Shown piece after piece: positions 31,213 through 41,711 of a stretch of 64,000 bases of DNA. The position numbers and the translations under genes were made by a program. Origin of the DNA: an uncultured bacterium (lineage in GTDB: Bacteria; Zixibacteria; MSB-5A5; CAIYYT01); NCBI GenBank assembly GCA_963726455.1, contig CAVSCK010000004.1:1728001-1792000 (forward strand), in the 5' to 3' direction. Positions within the stretch are counted from its first letter, which is position 1. Each line of letters begins with the position of its first letter. The notes beneath the pieces were generated by a model that worked only from the letters and a program-made list of their open reading frames with translations, ran no database searches and had not been told where the DNA came from.

Positions 31213-32534
31213 TTAGAATCCACGCATTCCACCGAAACCGCGCATCGGCTGTGAAGCGGTCGTGGGTTTCGTTGACTCTGTAGGTGAGCCCACGATAATC
31301 TTCATACCTTCCTTGAGCACCCGTGACGAGACGACTTCAGTGTTAGTGTTGTCCGTCATGCCGGTTCGAACTGGAGCGGCGGCCAATTGCCCGAGGGAGT
31401 CCAGGTACCACACCATTGGGATAGTCCGGGGCCCATTGCCGTTGCGACCCTGTCGATCACCGCCCATTCCTTGTCCCATGCCCTGGCCCATACCCGCACC
31501 CATCCCCGATCCCGTTCCCTGTCTACCGGCAAATGACTCACGCCCACCTGGTGTGTTGAGTCGCCGCGATCTCCTGCTCGCTGCTGTTGCCATTTGGCTC
31601 TCATCGCAGCCACAACTTTGTCAGGCGGCTGGAAACGCAACGCCTTGCTGGGAATCAACATGACACCGGTGTGCTTTTCGGTGACGAAACTGACAGTAGC
31701 GGTCATGCCTGGCAGCAGAAGGCCTTCGGTGTTATCCGCCGCAATCACAACCGTGTAAGTTACGACGTTGGAGACAGTGCGCGGCTGGAGACGTACTTGC
31801 TGGACACTGCCCTTGAATTCCTTGTTCATATATGCGGCAACTTCAAACTGCACGTCCTGTCCATCCTTGATCTGCCCGATATCGCTTTCGCCAACATCAG
31901 CCAGAATTTGCATGCGCGTAAGGTCCTCGGCAATTTCGAATAGAGTCGGTGTTGACAGACTAGCGGCGACGGTTTGTCCGCCCTCCACGTTTCTGTTTGT
32001 AATGACACCACTTATAGGGGCGCGGATGACAGCGTACTGCAAATTCCGCTGAGCCCTGTCTAGCGCGACTTTCGCCGATTTCAGATTGGCTTCCTGAACC
32101 TTAACGTTTACCACGGTCGGCAAATAGTCGGCGTCCGAGATCAAACTGGAGTCGAACAGCCGCTTGGCCCGATTGTATTCTATCTGCGCTTGTTCCAACT
32201 GTGCCTCAACGCGCTGCTGACTTGCTTGCGCATCCATTACGGAAGATCTCAGCAGTGTAGTATCCAGAACAGCTAGGATTTGCCCTTCTCTCACCCGATC
32301 GTTGAAATCTACATAAATTGAATCGATGATTCCCGAGACCTGCGTTCCAACTTGTATGGAGGTAACGGGCGCCAATGTACCTGTTGCCGAAACGGTGCTC
32401 TGGATATCGCCAAGCGTCACCGTCGCGAAATCGTAACGAGGATCTGAGGCGTCAAGACTCCTAAAGAAGATCAGGTATGCCGCCACGACAACGACTACTA
32501 CCGCACCAACATATATCAGGATTCGCTTTCGCAT
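31213..32534 (-). CDS. MacA-like periplasmic adaptor with apparent frameshift near 31555
   Basis: VGTQVSG, IRAPISG, GQTVAASLSTPTLF, LLPGMTA; C-terminus (G/M-rich linker, VRTGMTD..NTEV...LKEG) is in another frame. Confidence 0.85.
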
Positions 32535-32824
32535 TTGTCTTTCTCCACGCGCATGTTATTCCTCGGTTGAGTACCCTTTGTACAGGTCGATATTCCGTCC
32601 ATACTTCACTATGTTTTCTGACAGTGTTTCCACGCTTTAACTTGTGCCCTGAATTCGACTCCAAGGAGTCGATTTGTAACAGCACTAACAGTTTAGCATC
32701 TATCGGCGGCCAAAAGCAATGGGTATTTGTCCGGAATGGCGCGGTTTAGAGGCCGGTGAGGAGGTCGTCGAGTAAACATCTAAAGTCCAGATGATTACGA
32801 TGGTATCCGCCCTACTGCTCCCCT

Positions 32825-32872
32825 GACCACGAGGATTCTCTTGGAAAACGCTTATTAAATGTTGTGCACTAC
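32825..32872 (+). repeat. 48-bp direct repeat, copy 1
   Basis: GACCACGAGGATTCTCTTGGAAAACGCTTATTAAATGTTGTGCACTAC; 38/48 ungapped identity to 33573-33620. Confidence 0.8.
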
Positions 32873-32956
32873 TTCGTAACAGAATATTTGAGACTTCGTT
32901 TACCTACTTTGAACGAGGCATACAGATAGTGATCCAGATGCTGGAGGAACTCAGTC

Positions 32957-33550
32957 ATGCGAAGAGTTATTGTGCTTGAACATATCTCCCTTGATGGTGT
33001 CATACAAGCCCCAGGCGGGCCTGACGAGGACACTAGCGGCGGCTTCGCGTATGGCGGGTGGATAAGTTCATATTCCGACCCTATTCTTGCAGCAGTCATA
33101 AGAAAGGCGATGAACATGCCGTTTGACCTGTTGTTAGGGCGCAAAACCTTTGATATTTGGGCGCCATACTGGCCGCAACATTCGGACGCCTGGCCGGGCG
33201 TTAACACGGCGACCAAGTATGTCGCCTCGAATACCATGACTTCTCATGAATGGCAGCCGTCCGTATTTTTGAACGGAGATATTGCAGAAAAAGTGGCCAA
33301 AATCAAGCAACAGCAAGGGCCGGATTTGCACGTTTGGGGAAGTGGTAATCTCATTCAGACGCTTATCAAGCATGATTTGGTCGATGCGTTCTGGCTGATG
33401 ATATATCCGATAACGTTGGGCGGCGGAAAACGGTTGTTTGCCGACGGCACGATGCCGGCCGCGTTTACGGTGACGGAAAGCAAAGTCGGCTCGAGTGGCG
33501 TTATCTTCGTGAATTACGAGCGTGCAGGCGCAATCACAATTTGCACTTGA
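32957..33550 (+). CDS. Dihydrofolate reductase family protein (RibD C-terminal domain)
   Basis: [42 protein letters not shown]; GGAGG SD. Confidence 0.9.
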   Translation: MRRVIVLEHISLDGVIQAPGGPDEDTSGGFAYGGWISSYSDPILAAVIRKAMNMPFDLLLGRKTFDIWAPYWPQHSDAWPGVNTATKYVASNTMTSHEWQPSVFLNGDIAEKVAKIKQQQGPDLHVWGSGNLIQTLIKHDLVDAFWLMIYPITLGGGKRLFADGTMPAAFTVTESKVGSSGVIFVNYERAGAITICT

Positions 33551-33572
33551 TGTAAGACAATGGGAGTCAACC

Positions 33573-33620
33573 GACCACGAGGACTCTTTTGGAAAGCGCC
33601 GGCTAAATGGGGAGCACTAC
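33573..33620 (+). repeat. 48-bp direct repeat, copy 2
   Basis: GACCACGAGGACTCTTTTGGAAAGCGCCGGCTAAATGGGGAGCACTAC. Confidence 0.8.
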
Positions 33621-33747
33621 ACTGCTTGCTAAAAATATCTTCAGCAAAGCAGTAATGATCCGTCGTAAGGAATAAGAAGGCCGTTATATTTCAGACGAAA
33701 AGCGGCCCAATGTCTGTGGCAACGGATCGTCGTAAGGCAAAAAGGAC

Positions 33748-33775
33748 TTGACAGATTCGGATTAACGACTATATT
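33748..33775 (+). promoter_or_regulatory. Promoter of the aromatic amino-acid operon
   Basis: TTGACA-16 nt-TATATT, ending 8 nt before the leader ATG. Confidence 0.65.
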
Positions 33776-33783
33776 GGATCAAC

Positions 33784-33888
33784 ATGACGAACTCGACCTA
33801 CATATTGGTAACCCTCTGCTCCGCTATCGCCAGTCTCTATTATTGGTGGTATTCTTTTGATATGGACGGTGGGTTAGTGCCGGTGTAG
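33784..33888 (+). CDS. Attenuator leader peptide, 34 aa: MTNSTYILVTLCSAIASLYYWWYSFDMDGGLVPV
   Basis: ATG 33784 to TAG 33888; codon block TAT TAT TGG TGG TAT TCT TTT at 33838-33858, directly upstream of trpE. Confidence 0.85.
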   Translation: MTNSTYILVTLCSAIASLYYWWYSFDMDGGLVPV

Positions 33889-33912
33889 CCGAGTCACGCA
33901 TAGGCAAAATTG

Positions 33913-33949
33913 AACCCACTGTCCAGCAGGACAGTGGGTTTTTTGTTTT
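33913..33949 (+). terminator. Attenuator terminator hairpin upstream of trpE
   Basis: AACCCACTGTCC-AGCA-GGACAGTGGGTT followed by TTTTGTTTT; its 5' arm can alternatively pair with 33864-33875. Confidence 0.9.
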
Positions 33950-33960
33950 AGGAGCAAGAA

Positions 33961-35430
33961 TTGAACATCTTCGAAGTACTTAGTCAGACAGACGGACCCA
34001 GGCACGTTCTGGACATCGAGGAGATCGATCTGCCCGGTGACCTGGAAACACCGGTGTCCGCCTTCCTCAAATTGCGGAATCATGGTGCCCGGTTCCTGCT
34101 TGAATCCGCAGAGGATCCCAAGTCCATTGGTCGCTATACTTTTATTGGCATCGATCCGCTGTTGCGGCTGGAAATCGGACAGGAATCGACTGCTGTGTCG
34201 AGTGGGACGACGAAACTGAACATCCCGCATTCTGAGAAATACACGCCATTTGACGGATTGAAGCGACTGCTCGATCGGTTCGAAATCAAATCTGCGGGAG
34301 CCGAAATTCCACTTCTGGGAGGAATCGTCGGTTTCACATCCTTCGAAATCGTCGGCTTCTTTGAGCCGCGTCTGAAACCGCTGCTTCCGCCTTCCGACTG
34401 GCCCATGGCTCTTTACTACTTCGTCGATACGCTTCTGGTGTTCGATCATTTTACCCGTCGCATGCGCCTGATGAGACTTCGATCGCAGGGGCAAGACCTG
34501 ACTGCCGACAGTCCGCGTGTAAGTCTGCGACAGATTGCGGAGGCACTGGCGGCTGAGAGCATCGGCTCAAATCACAGCAGCACAATTCCGGGAAACGGCT
34601 ACCGCTCGAATTTCTCGGCGGATGGCTTCGAAGAAATGGTTCGGCAGACCAAGGATCACATCGTCAAAGGAGATGTTTTCCAGGCAGTTGTCTCTCAATG
34701 TGAGACGCGAAAATCTAACGCCGAGGGATTTCATCTCTACCGCGCCCTGCGTATGCTGAACCCCTCACCATATATGTACTATCTGAATTTCGGAGACATC
34801 GAGTTGATCGGTTCCTCACCGGAGGCACTGGTCAAGCTGCAAGATCGTCGCGCCCTGATACGTCCTATCGCGGGAACAAGGCGCCGCGGCAGATCGCCCG
34901 AGGACGATCGCCGTATGGCGGAGGAGTTGCTGGCAAGCGAGAAGGAACGCGCCGAACATGTGATGCTGATCGACCTGGCACGCAACGATCTCGGCAGAGT
35001 ATGCCGCTTCGGTTCGGTCGCAGTACCGTCGAAATTTGAACTCGAATATTATTCCCATGTTATGCACATGACCTCGGAAGTCACCGGTGTGCTCCGCGAT
35101 GACGTCAACTACTTTGATCTATTTCGCGCCGCCTTTCCGGCAGGGACTGTTTCCGGTGCGCCCAAGTTGCGCGCAATGGAGATCATCGCTGAGTTGGAGG
35201 GACTCGCGCGGGGTCCGTACGCGGGCGCCGTGGGCTACTTCTCACTCTCCGGCGACCTCGACATGTGCATCACTATCAGAACGATCGTCAAGCGCGGTGA
35301 ATCACTTTTCATTCAGGCAGGCGCCGGCATTGTCTCCGACTCAATCCCGTCTGAGGAATACCTCGAAACGCGCAACAAGATCGCCGCCTTGAAAGAGGCG
35401 GTGAAGACTACGGAGGAGGGACGGCTGTGA
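33961..35430 (+). CDS. trpE: Anthranilate synthase component I
   Basis: DLETPVSAFL, FLLES, NPSPYM, GSSPE, PIAGTR, KERAEHVMLIDLARND, PAGTVSGAPK. Confidence 0.95.
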   Translation: MNIFEVLSQTDGPRHVLDIEEIDLPGDLETPVSAFLKLRNHGARFLLESAEDPKSIGRYTFIGIDPLLRLEIGQESTAVSSGTTKLNIPHSEKYTPFDGLKRLLDRFEIKSAGAEIPLLGGIVGFTSFEIVGFFEPRLKPLLPPSDWPMALYYFVDTLLVFDHFTRRMRLMRLRSQGQDLTADSPRVSLRQIAEALAAESIGSNHSSTIPGNGYRSNFSADGFEEMVRQTKDHIVKGDVFQAVVSQCETRKSNAEGFHLYRALRMLNPSPYMYYLNFGDIELIGSSPEALVKLQDRRALIRPIAGTRRRGRSPEDDRRMAEELLASEKERAEHVMLIDLARNDLGRVCRFGSVAVPSKFELEYYSHVMHMTSEVTGVLRDDVNYFDLFRAAFPAGTVSGAPKLRAMEIIAELEGLARGPYAGAVGYFSLSGDLDMCITIRTIVKRGESLFIQAGAGIVSDSIPSEEYLETRNKIAALKEAVKTTEEGRL

Positions 35431-35996
35431 TTCTGTTCATCGACAACTACGATTCGTTCATTTACAATTTGGTGCAGGCCATCGGCACGCGCACCAACAG
35501 TCTGCACGTGTACCGTCCTGACCAGATTACTATCGACGACATTGAACGCCTGCACCCGGACAAGATCATTATTTCACCGGGTCCGGGCCATCCGCGCGAG
35601 GCGGTATTGTCCACAGAAGTCATCAGACGATTTCACAGATATATACCGATACTCGGTGTATGTCTTGGCCACCAGTGCATTGCCGAGGCATTCGGAGCAT
35701 TGGTGCGTCCGGCCGATCGTCTGTTGCACGGAAAGACGTCCGACATCTATCATTTCGGCAAAGGCATAATGACCGGCCTGCCCAAACCATTCAAGGCCGC
35801 GCGCTACCACTCGCTGGTTGCCAGCGAAGAGACTCTGCCTCCCGAACTCAAAGTCGCCGCTTATACCTCGGAAGGCGAGGTCATGGGACTTATGCACGTA
35901 TCGTCCCCTCTTTTCGGAGTGCAATTTCACCCGGAGTCAATTCTAACGCCCGACGGGATGAAGATTCTCGACAATTTCCTGGAGGTGCAAGTATGA
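35427..35996 (+). CDS. trpG: Anthranilate synthase component II (glutamine amidotransferase)
   Basis: IDNYDSF, SPGPG, GVCLGHQ, RYHSL, GVQFHPES. Confidence 0.95.
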   Translation: MILFIDNYDSFIYNLVQAIGTRTNSLHVYRPDQITIDDIERLHPDKIIISPGPGHPREAVLSTEVIRRFHRYIPILGVCLGHQCIAEAFGALVRPADRLLHGKTSDIYHFGKGIMTGLPKPFKAARYHSLVASEETLPPELKVAAYTSEGEVMGLMHVSSPLFGVQFHPESILTPDGMKILDNFLEVQV

Positions 35997-37009
35997 TCAA
36001 GGATTGTCTGCAAAAGCTGATCGCTGCTGAATCGCTGTCGACCGATGAGACAATACAGTGCGTCGAGGAGATTGTCGATGGCACGGCATCCGACGCTCAG
36101 ATCGCGGCATTCCTAACAGCTCTGCGCCAAAAAGGTGAGACCGGCACCGAACTCGCGGGATTGGTAACCGCATTCAAGAGGCATGCGGTCAAAGTTCCCC
36201 ATCATCAGAATCAAGTATTTGATTGTTGTGGAACCGGTGGTGACGGATCGCAATCCTTCAACATCTCGACAGCGGCAGCGATAGTGATTGCTGCCGCGGA
36301 CGTGCCCACCGCGAAGCACGGTAATAGAGCCGTGAGTTCGGCTTGTGGCTCGGCGGATCTACTGGAAGCGGCGGGCGCCAGGATCGGCGTTCCGCCTGAA
36401 CATTCCGCCGCGATGCTTGACGAGATAGGTTTCTGTTTCTTGTTTGCTCCCCTCTATCATCCGGCAACAAAACGCGTGGCTATCGTCAGGCGCGAACTCG
36501 GATTTCGCACTGTCTTCAATCTACTGGGGCCGTTGTTGAATCCTGCGCAGACAACTCATCAGATGATCGGCACGTCGTCTGCCGCAAACGGCCGTCTAAT
36601 TGCATCGGCAAACATGCACCTGACGGGCCTCAAGATGGTGGCGTTCCATAATTCTCACGGATTGGATGAATTGCTGCCCTCAGGAATCAATTACAGTTTC
36701 TGGGTGCAAGACGGAGTCCTGCAAGAAGCGAATGTTGAGTTGCCCGCTTTTATCGCGAACGGTCTGATGCCCGAGTCAATTCGTGGAGGAGACAGCGATA
36801 CTAATGTGCGATTACTCCGGCAGGTACTGAACGCAGAGGAGTCGGCAATTACGAAAGTAACTTTGCTCAACTCTGCATTCGGTCTGTTGTGTGCGGACAG
36901 GGTCAAGTCCATCACTGACGGATATCGATTGGCTGAGGAAACACTTCGCTCCGGCACGGCAAAGAAGCTGTTTGAGCGATACATAGAATATTCGAACGCG
37001 AGCGTGTAA
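35993..37009 (+). CDS. trpD: Anthranilate phosphoribosyltransferase
   Basis: DCCGTGGDG, FNIST, KHGNR.VSS..GSAD, RTVFNLLGPL.NP; ATGA overlap with trpG. Confidence 0.95.
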   Translation: MIKDCLQKLIAAESLSTDETIQCVEEIVDGTASDAQIAAFLTALRQKGETGTELAGLVTAFKRHAVKVPHHQNQVFDCCGTGGDGSQSFNISTAAAIVIAAADVPTAKHGNRAVSSACGSADLLEAAGARIGVPPEHSAAMLDEIGFCFLFAPLYHPATKRVAIVRRELGFRTVFNLLGPLLNPAQTTHQMIGTSSAANGRLIASANMHLTGLKMVAFHNSHGLDELLPSGINYSFWVQDGVLQEANVELPAFIANGLMPESIRGGDSDTNVRLLRQVLNAEESAITKVTLLNSAFGLLCADRVKSITDGYRLAEETLRSGTAKKLFERYIEYSNASV

Positions 37010-37779
37010 TGCTGGATCAGATCGTCAAAAGCGTAAAGCGAAGTATTGAGGATCGTAACCGGACTGAGTGGGAACGACAGGTCAATGAGCGTCTGGATCG
37101 TTGCGGCGATTCATTTCGGCTCTCAAGCTCATTAAGGCCAGGTGGCTTCGGATTCATTTTCGAAATCAAGCGAAAGTCGCCGAGTTCCAATGGTATTGCC
37201 ATCGAGTGCGACGTTTCCGAGATAGCGAGAACCTATGAAACGCTGGGAGCCAGTGCCATCAGTGTCCTTACCGAGTACAATTACTTTGGCGGCAGTCTGG
37301 CCGATCTCGCTGCAGTCAGAAAGGCCGTGTCATTGCCGTTGTTGCGAAAGGAATTTATCGTCGACAAATTGCAGGTCGGTGAGGCAAAGATTCATGGCGC
37401 CGGCGCGGTACTATTGATAACGGCCATCTTGGACGATATCAAACTGCGAGAGTTCATCGGCTACGCCGAATCCATCGGGCTGGATTCGCTGGTGGAAGTG
37501 CACGACGGTGATGAACTCGCGCGAGCCGTAGGCGCCGGTGCAAGGATCATAGGGGTCAATAACCGCAATCTGCAAACCATGGCTATCAATCTCGAAACCT
37601 CTGAGAGACTCCTCCCCGCTATTCCTAAAGGCGTTCTGCGAGTGGCCGAGAGCGGTATAACTAATCGCCACGATGTGACACGCATGCGTGAAGCCGGGGC
37701 CGACGCGGTGCTCGTTGGTACCTCAGTTATACGATCTGCGGACATGACCGCCAAGATCAAGGAGTTGACGACGGTATGA
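37009..37779 (+). CDS. trpC: Indole-3-glycerol phosphate synthase
   Basis: EIKRKSPS, SVLTE..YFGGS, LVEVH, GVNNRNL, AESGI. Confidence 0.95.
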   Translation: MLDQIVKSVKRSIEDRNRTEWERQVNERLDRCGDSFRLSSSLRPGGFGFIFEIKRKSPSSNGIAIECDVSEIARTYETLGASAISVLTEYNYFGGSLADLAAVRKAVSLPLLRKEFIVDKLQVGEAKIHGAGAVLLITAILDDIKLREFIGYAESIGLDSLVEVHDGDELARAVGAGARIIGVNNRNLQTMAINLETSERLLPAIPKGVLRVAESGITNRHDVTRMREAGADAVLVGTSVIRSADMTAKIKELTTV

Positions 37780-38372
37780 CGAAAGTGAAGATTTGCGGAA
37801 TTACCCGCGTGCCTGACGCCGTGACGGCCATTGAAGAAGGCGCGGATATGATCGGATTCATCCTTTCGGAATCACCGCGGCGTACTGGCTTCGATCAGCT
37901 TCCCGGCCTCCTATCAGCCGCTGCTGGACGAGTGAATACCGTCGGCGTATTCGCCAAGCCTCAGGATTTGATTCATTTCAGCGAATCCACTCAGAACTGC
38001 TTTGATTATTACCAGGTGTATTTCCCCTACCGCGCATTGACAGTTCGGCAGCCGAAGATCGGCTGGATTCGCGCCTCGTTTATTGACTCACAGGCCAGCG
38101 CCGTGGAGGCAAACTCTTCTGACCTGGTGCTGTACGATTTCAAGAACGTGGGACTCGACGTGCAATCCAGATTGTTTGCCGGTCGCTCCGGCGCACTCAG
38201 TATCAACGGATTCTTGGCCGGCGGCCTGACAGTCGACAATGTTGCGGATATGGTGAGGCGCTATTCACCTTACGGGGTTGATGTGGCACGAGGCACCGAA
38301 TCACAACCGGGTATTAAAGACGCGTTCTTGATCCGTCGGTTTATTGATGAGGCGAGACATGCCAACGGTTAA
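37776..38372 (+). CDS. trpF: Phosphoribosylanthranilate isomerase
   Basis: [31 protein letters not shown]. Confidence 0.9.
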   Translation: MTKVKICGITRVPDAVTAIEEGADMIGFILSESPRRTGFDQLPGLLSAAAGRVNTVGVFAKPQDLIHFSESTQNCFDYYQVYFPYRALTVRQPKIGWIRASFIDSQASAVEANSSDLVLYDFKNVGLDVQSRLFAGRSGALSINGFLAGGLTVDNVADMVRRYSPYGVDVARGTESQPGIKDAFLIRRFIDEARHANG

Positions 38373-39540
38373 AAAGCGCGGTTACTACGGTAACTACGGA
38401 GGGCAATTCGTTCCGGAGACTCTTGTTGGGGCGTTACAGGAGCTTGAGCAATGTTTCGCCGCTGCACGCCGCGATAAGATATTCCGCAAAGAGTTCGAGG
38501 CACTCCTGCGGGACTTCGGTGGGAGACCAACGCCACTTTACTTTGCACAGAACCTCACTTCGCGTTGGAAAGGCGGTCGAATCTACCTTAAACGGGAGGA
38601 CCTGAACCACACCGGCGCACATAAGATCAACAACACGATCGGTCAGTTGCTCCTGGCGAAACGTCTTGGCAAAAGCCGCATCGTGGCTGAAACCGGAGCC
38701 GGTCAGCACGGCACGGCCACCGCAGCGACCTGCGCCATGATGGGGCTGCAATGTGTGATCTATATGGGAAGCCACGACGTTGCCCGCCAATATCCCAACG
38801 TCCAACGCATGCGCTACCTCGGCGCAGAAATCCGTGAAGTCAATGCGGGCACCAAGACTCTGAAAGAAGCAACTTCGGAAGCGATTCGCGATTGGGTGAC
38901 GAACGTGAGGTCGACGCACTACGTCATCGGTTCTACCGTCGGACCCCATCCTTATCCGATGATCGTGCGGGAGTTTCAGTCAGTGATTGGCAAAGAAACA
39001 AAGAGTCAATGTCGGAAGTCATTGAAGAAGCTACCTGATATTGTCGTGGCCTGCGTAGGCGGCGGCTCTAACTCGATGGGGATCTTCTCAGCGTTCCTGC
39101 GTGATTCCAAAGTACGGTTGATAGGCGTTGAATCTGCCGGCAAGAGCTTGGTGCCGGGGTTACATGCCGCGACGCTTGCCAAGGGTTCCCCCGGTGTACT
39201 TCATGGTGCGCATACATATATACTTCAGGACGCTGAGGGCCAGATCGAATTGACCTCCACCATTTCAGCGGGACTGGATTACCCCGGAGTGGGTCCCGAA
39301 CACTCTTTCCTGAAAGATAACGGACGGGTTCAGTACGTCACCGTGACCGACAAAGAGGCGGTGAACGCTTTTCGCGAATTGTGCCTCCACGAAGGGATTA
39401 TCCCGGCGTTGGAATCGAGTTTCGCATTGGCCTACGCGAAGAAACTTGCTCGCGAAGTCGGAAAGACCAAAACCATTGTCGTCAACCTGTCGGGAAGAGG
39501 CGACAAAGACATGCAGAGCGTGGCGGAATATGAAGAATAA
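38359..39540 (+). CDS. trpB: Tryptophan synthase beta chain
   Basis: [50 protein letters not shown]. Confidence 0.97.
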   Translation: MPTVKKRGYYGNYGGQFVPETLVGALQELEQCFAAARRDKIFRKEFEALLRDFGGRPTPLYFAQNLTSRWKGGRIYLKREDLNHTGAHKINNTIGQLLLAKRLGKSRIVAETGAGQHGTATAATCAMMGLQCVIYMGSHDVARQYPNVQRMRYLGAEIREVNAGTKTLKEATSEAIRDWVTNVRSTHYVIGSTVGPHPYPMIVREFQSVIGKETKSQCRKSLKKLPDIVVACVGGGSNSMGIFSAFLRDSKVRLIGVESAGKSLVPGLHAATLAKGSPGVLHGAHTYILQDAEGQIELTSTISAGLDYPGVGPEHSFLKDNGRVQYVTVTDKEAVNAFRELCLHEGIIPALESSFALAYAKKLAREVGKTKTIVVNLSGRGDKDMQSVAEYEE

Positions 39541-40333
39541 TCTGGAACAGAAGTTGTCGCAGCTAAAGCAGTCCGGACGCAAGGCGCTGATCCCCTTTGT
39601 CACGAGCGGCTTTCCCGACCAAACACGGTTTGGGCAATTGGCAGCCGCCTTGCTTGAAACCGAGCCGGACGTTCTCGAAATCGGACTCCCCCACTCTGAT
39701 CCTCTTGCCGATGGGCCGGTTATTCAACACTCCTCGCACGTCGCAATTGCAAATGGATTCAAACTCGAACGGGCATTTGATCAGATTACCGAGATGACTA
39801 CAACGCACAGCGTCCCAATAGTCATTATGTGCTATTCCAACCTGATCCTGAGAATGGGCGCCAAGAAGTTCGTCAAACGAGCAAGCGCTGCTGGAGTGAG
39901 CGGCTTGATTGTCCCCGATATGATTATAGAAGAAAGTGCAGAGCTGCGTTCACTGTGTGCGGAGCGTGAAATCGCATTCATCAATTTGATAGCGCCAACC
40001 ACGACCCGTGAAAGAATTCAAAAGATTGTCCCGCTCAGCAGCGGCTTCGTCTATCTGGTCAGCGTCACGGGCACCACGGGCATGCGCGATCATTTCGATG
40101 CACATATTGACCGGACGATTCGTGTAATTCGAAAAACAAGCCATCTGCCGATCTGTATCGGTTTCGGAATATCATCGCCCGAGTTGGCGGCAAGAGCGGC
40201 AGCCCAGGCCGACGGTGTGATTATCGGCAGCAAGTTGCTGCAACTGGCAACGGAGTGTAACGGCGACAGTCGATTTGAGAAAGTACGATCATTCCTGACG
40301 GAGGTCAAAATGAGATTAGGAGAGCTTTCATGA
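39530..40333 (+). CDS. trpA: Tryptophan synthase alpha chain
   Basis: [38 protein letters not shown]. Confidence 0.95.
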   Translation: MKNNLEQKLSQLKQSGRKALIPFVTSGFPDQTRFGQLAAALLETEPDVLEIGLPHSDPLADGPVIQHSSHVAIANGFKLERAFDQITEMTTTHSVPIVIMCYSNLILRMGAKKFVKRASAAGVSGLIVPDMIIEESAELRSLCAEREIAFINLIAPTTTRERIQKIVPLSSGFVYLVSVTGTTGMRDHFDAHIDRTIRVIRKTSHLPICIGFGISSPELAARAAAQADGVIIGSKLLQLATECNGDSRFEKVRSFLTEVKMRLGELS

Positions 40334-40698
40334 TTCGAGGCGTTCGAGGCGCGATTTGCGCGGCGGCTAACTCACGTGAGGCAATCTTTGATGCCACCAA
40401 GACATTGCTGCTTCACATGTTTGCAAAAAACGATATCGAGCCGGAGAACATAGCTTCGATCTTTATGACGGCGACACCTGATCTGAATGCCGATTATCCC
40501 GCCTACACTGCGCGCGAAATGGGACTGACTCAGATTCCACTCATGTGTGCGACGGAAATCAGTGTGCCCGGAGCGTTGCAGAGAGTGATTCGGATATTGA
40601 TACATGTGGAAACGAATAAGAAACAGAACGAGATCAAACATCTATACATGGGAGATGCCGCTAGACTTCGACCCGACCTGGCGAGAGAGAACGAATGA
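40330..40698 (+). CDS. aroH: Chorismate mutase, AroH (Bacillus) type
   Basis: IRGVRGA, T.DL.A.YPA..AR, E..VPG.L.R.IR, LRPDL. Confidence 0.92.
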   Translation: MIRGVRGAICAAANSREAIFDATKTLLLHMFAKNDIEPENIASIFMTATPDLNADYPAYTAREMGLTQIPLMCATEISVPGALQRVIRILIHVETNKKQNEIKHLYMGDAARLRPDLARENE

Positions 40699-41711
40699 TG
40701 ATCATAGTAATGAAAAAGAATGCCACCGTTCGCGAGATGGCCTCAGTCATAAAGTATATCGAGGAACTGGGACTGAAGCCGCATATCTCCGAAGGTGAAG
40801 AAAAGACCATTGTCGGGGCAGTGGGCAATGACAGGACTATCGACAAAGAAAAATTGCTGGCTCTCGACGGCGTCGAGGCCGTCATGCCGATCCTCAAGCC
40901 CTACAAGCTGGCATCGAGGGAGTTCAAGCCGGAGCGCACGATCGTCAGTCTCAACGGCACCAAGATCGGTGGTGATAACGTCGTGGTGATGGCGGGCCCG
41001 TGCGCGGTGGAAAGCTATGAACAGGTTCTGGAGGCAGCCATAGCTGCCAAACAGGCGGGCGCCAAAATCCTGCGTGGCGGCGCATTCAAACCGCGAACTT
41101 CTCCCTATGCATTTCAAGGGCTCGGCCGCCAGGGTTTGGAAATTCTCGCGCGCGTCCGCGAGGAAGTCGGAATTCCCATTGTGACCGAATGCCTGTCGCA
41201 AGACGACGTCAATTTGCTTTCTGATTACGCCGACATCATTCAGATTGGTGCGCGCAACATGCAGAATTTTTCCATGCTGGAAAAGGTCGGCAAACAGTCG
41301 CGACCGGTTCTACTCAAACGCGGGATGATGTCGACGATCGAGGAGTTACTGATGTCGGCCGAGTACATACTCTCCAACGGCAACTATAATGTTATCCTGT
41401 GTGAGCGCGGCATCCGCACGTTCGAACCGTTGACGCGCAATACCTGCGACATCGCCGCCGTACCGGTATTGAAATCACTAACGCATCTCCCGGTCATTCT
41501 TGATCCATCTCACGCCACAGGTGAACGTCACTTGATATCTCCCGTATCGCTGGCGGCCGTTGCGGCAGGAGCTGACGGATTGATTATCGAAATCCATCCG
41601 CATCCGGACAAAGCGTTATGCGACGGGCATCAGTCGCTCAATCTGACGCAGTTCGCCCAATTGATGCAGACACTCAAACCGGTGGCACAGGCCGTCGGCA
41701 GAGACGTATGA
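40695..41711 (+). CDS. aroF: DAHP synthase type I-beta with N-terminal regulatory domain
   Basis: [49 protein letters not shown]. Confidence 0.95.
   Translation: MMIIVMKKNATVREMASVIKYIEELGLKPHISEGEEKTIVGAVGNDRTIDKEKLLALDGVEAVMPILKPYKLASREFKPERTIVSLNGTKIGGDNVVVMAGPCAVESYEQVLEAAIAAKQAGAKILRGGAFKPRTSPYAFQGLGRQGLEILARVREEVGIPIVTECLSQDDVNLLSDYADIIQIGARNMQNFSMLEKVGKQSRPVLLKRGMMSTIEELLMSAEYILSNGNYNVILCERGIRTFEPLTRNTCDIAAVPVLKSLTHLPVILDPSHATGERHLISPVSLAAVAAGADGLIIEIHPHPDKALCDGHQSLNLTQFAQLMQTLKPVAQAVGRDV

Noticed and set aside
33573-33620. ACCACG...GGGGAGC resembles part of a ZTP riboswitch; the repeat was also tested as attC, dif, REP or CRISPR
   Set aside because: No GACTGGCG/CGCCTGGG pair, no attC cores, a poor XerC arm, no hairpin after GTAG, and only two copies 748 bp apart.
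33892-33925. GTCACGCATAGGCAAA resembles the 5' end of a c-di-GMP-I riboswitch
   Set aside because: No GAAA tetraloop stem or GACGCAAAG follows, and the region is explained by the attenuator.
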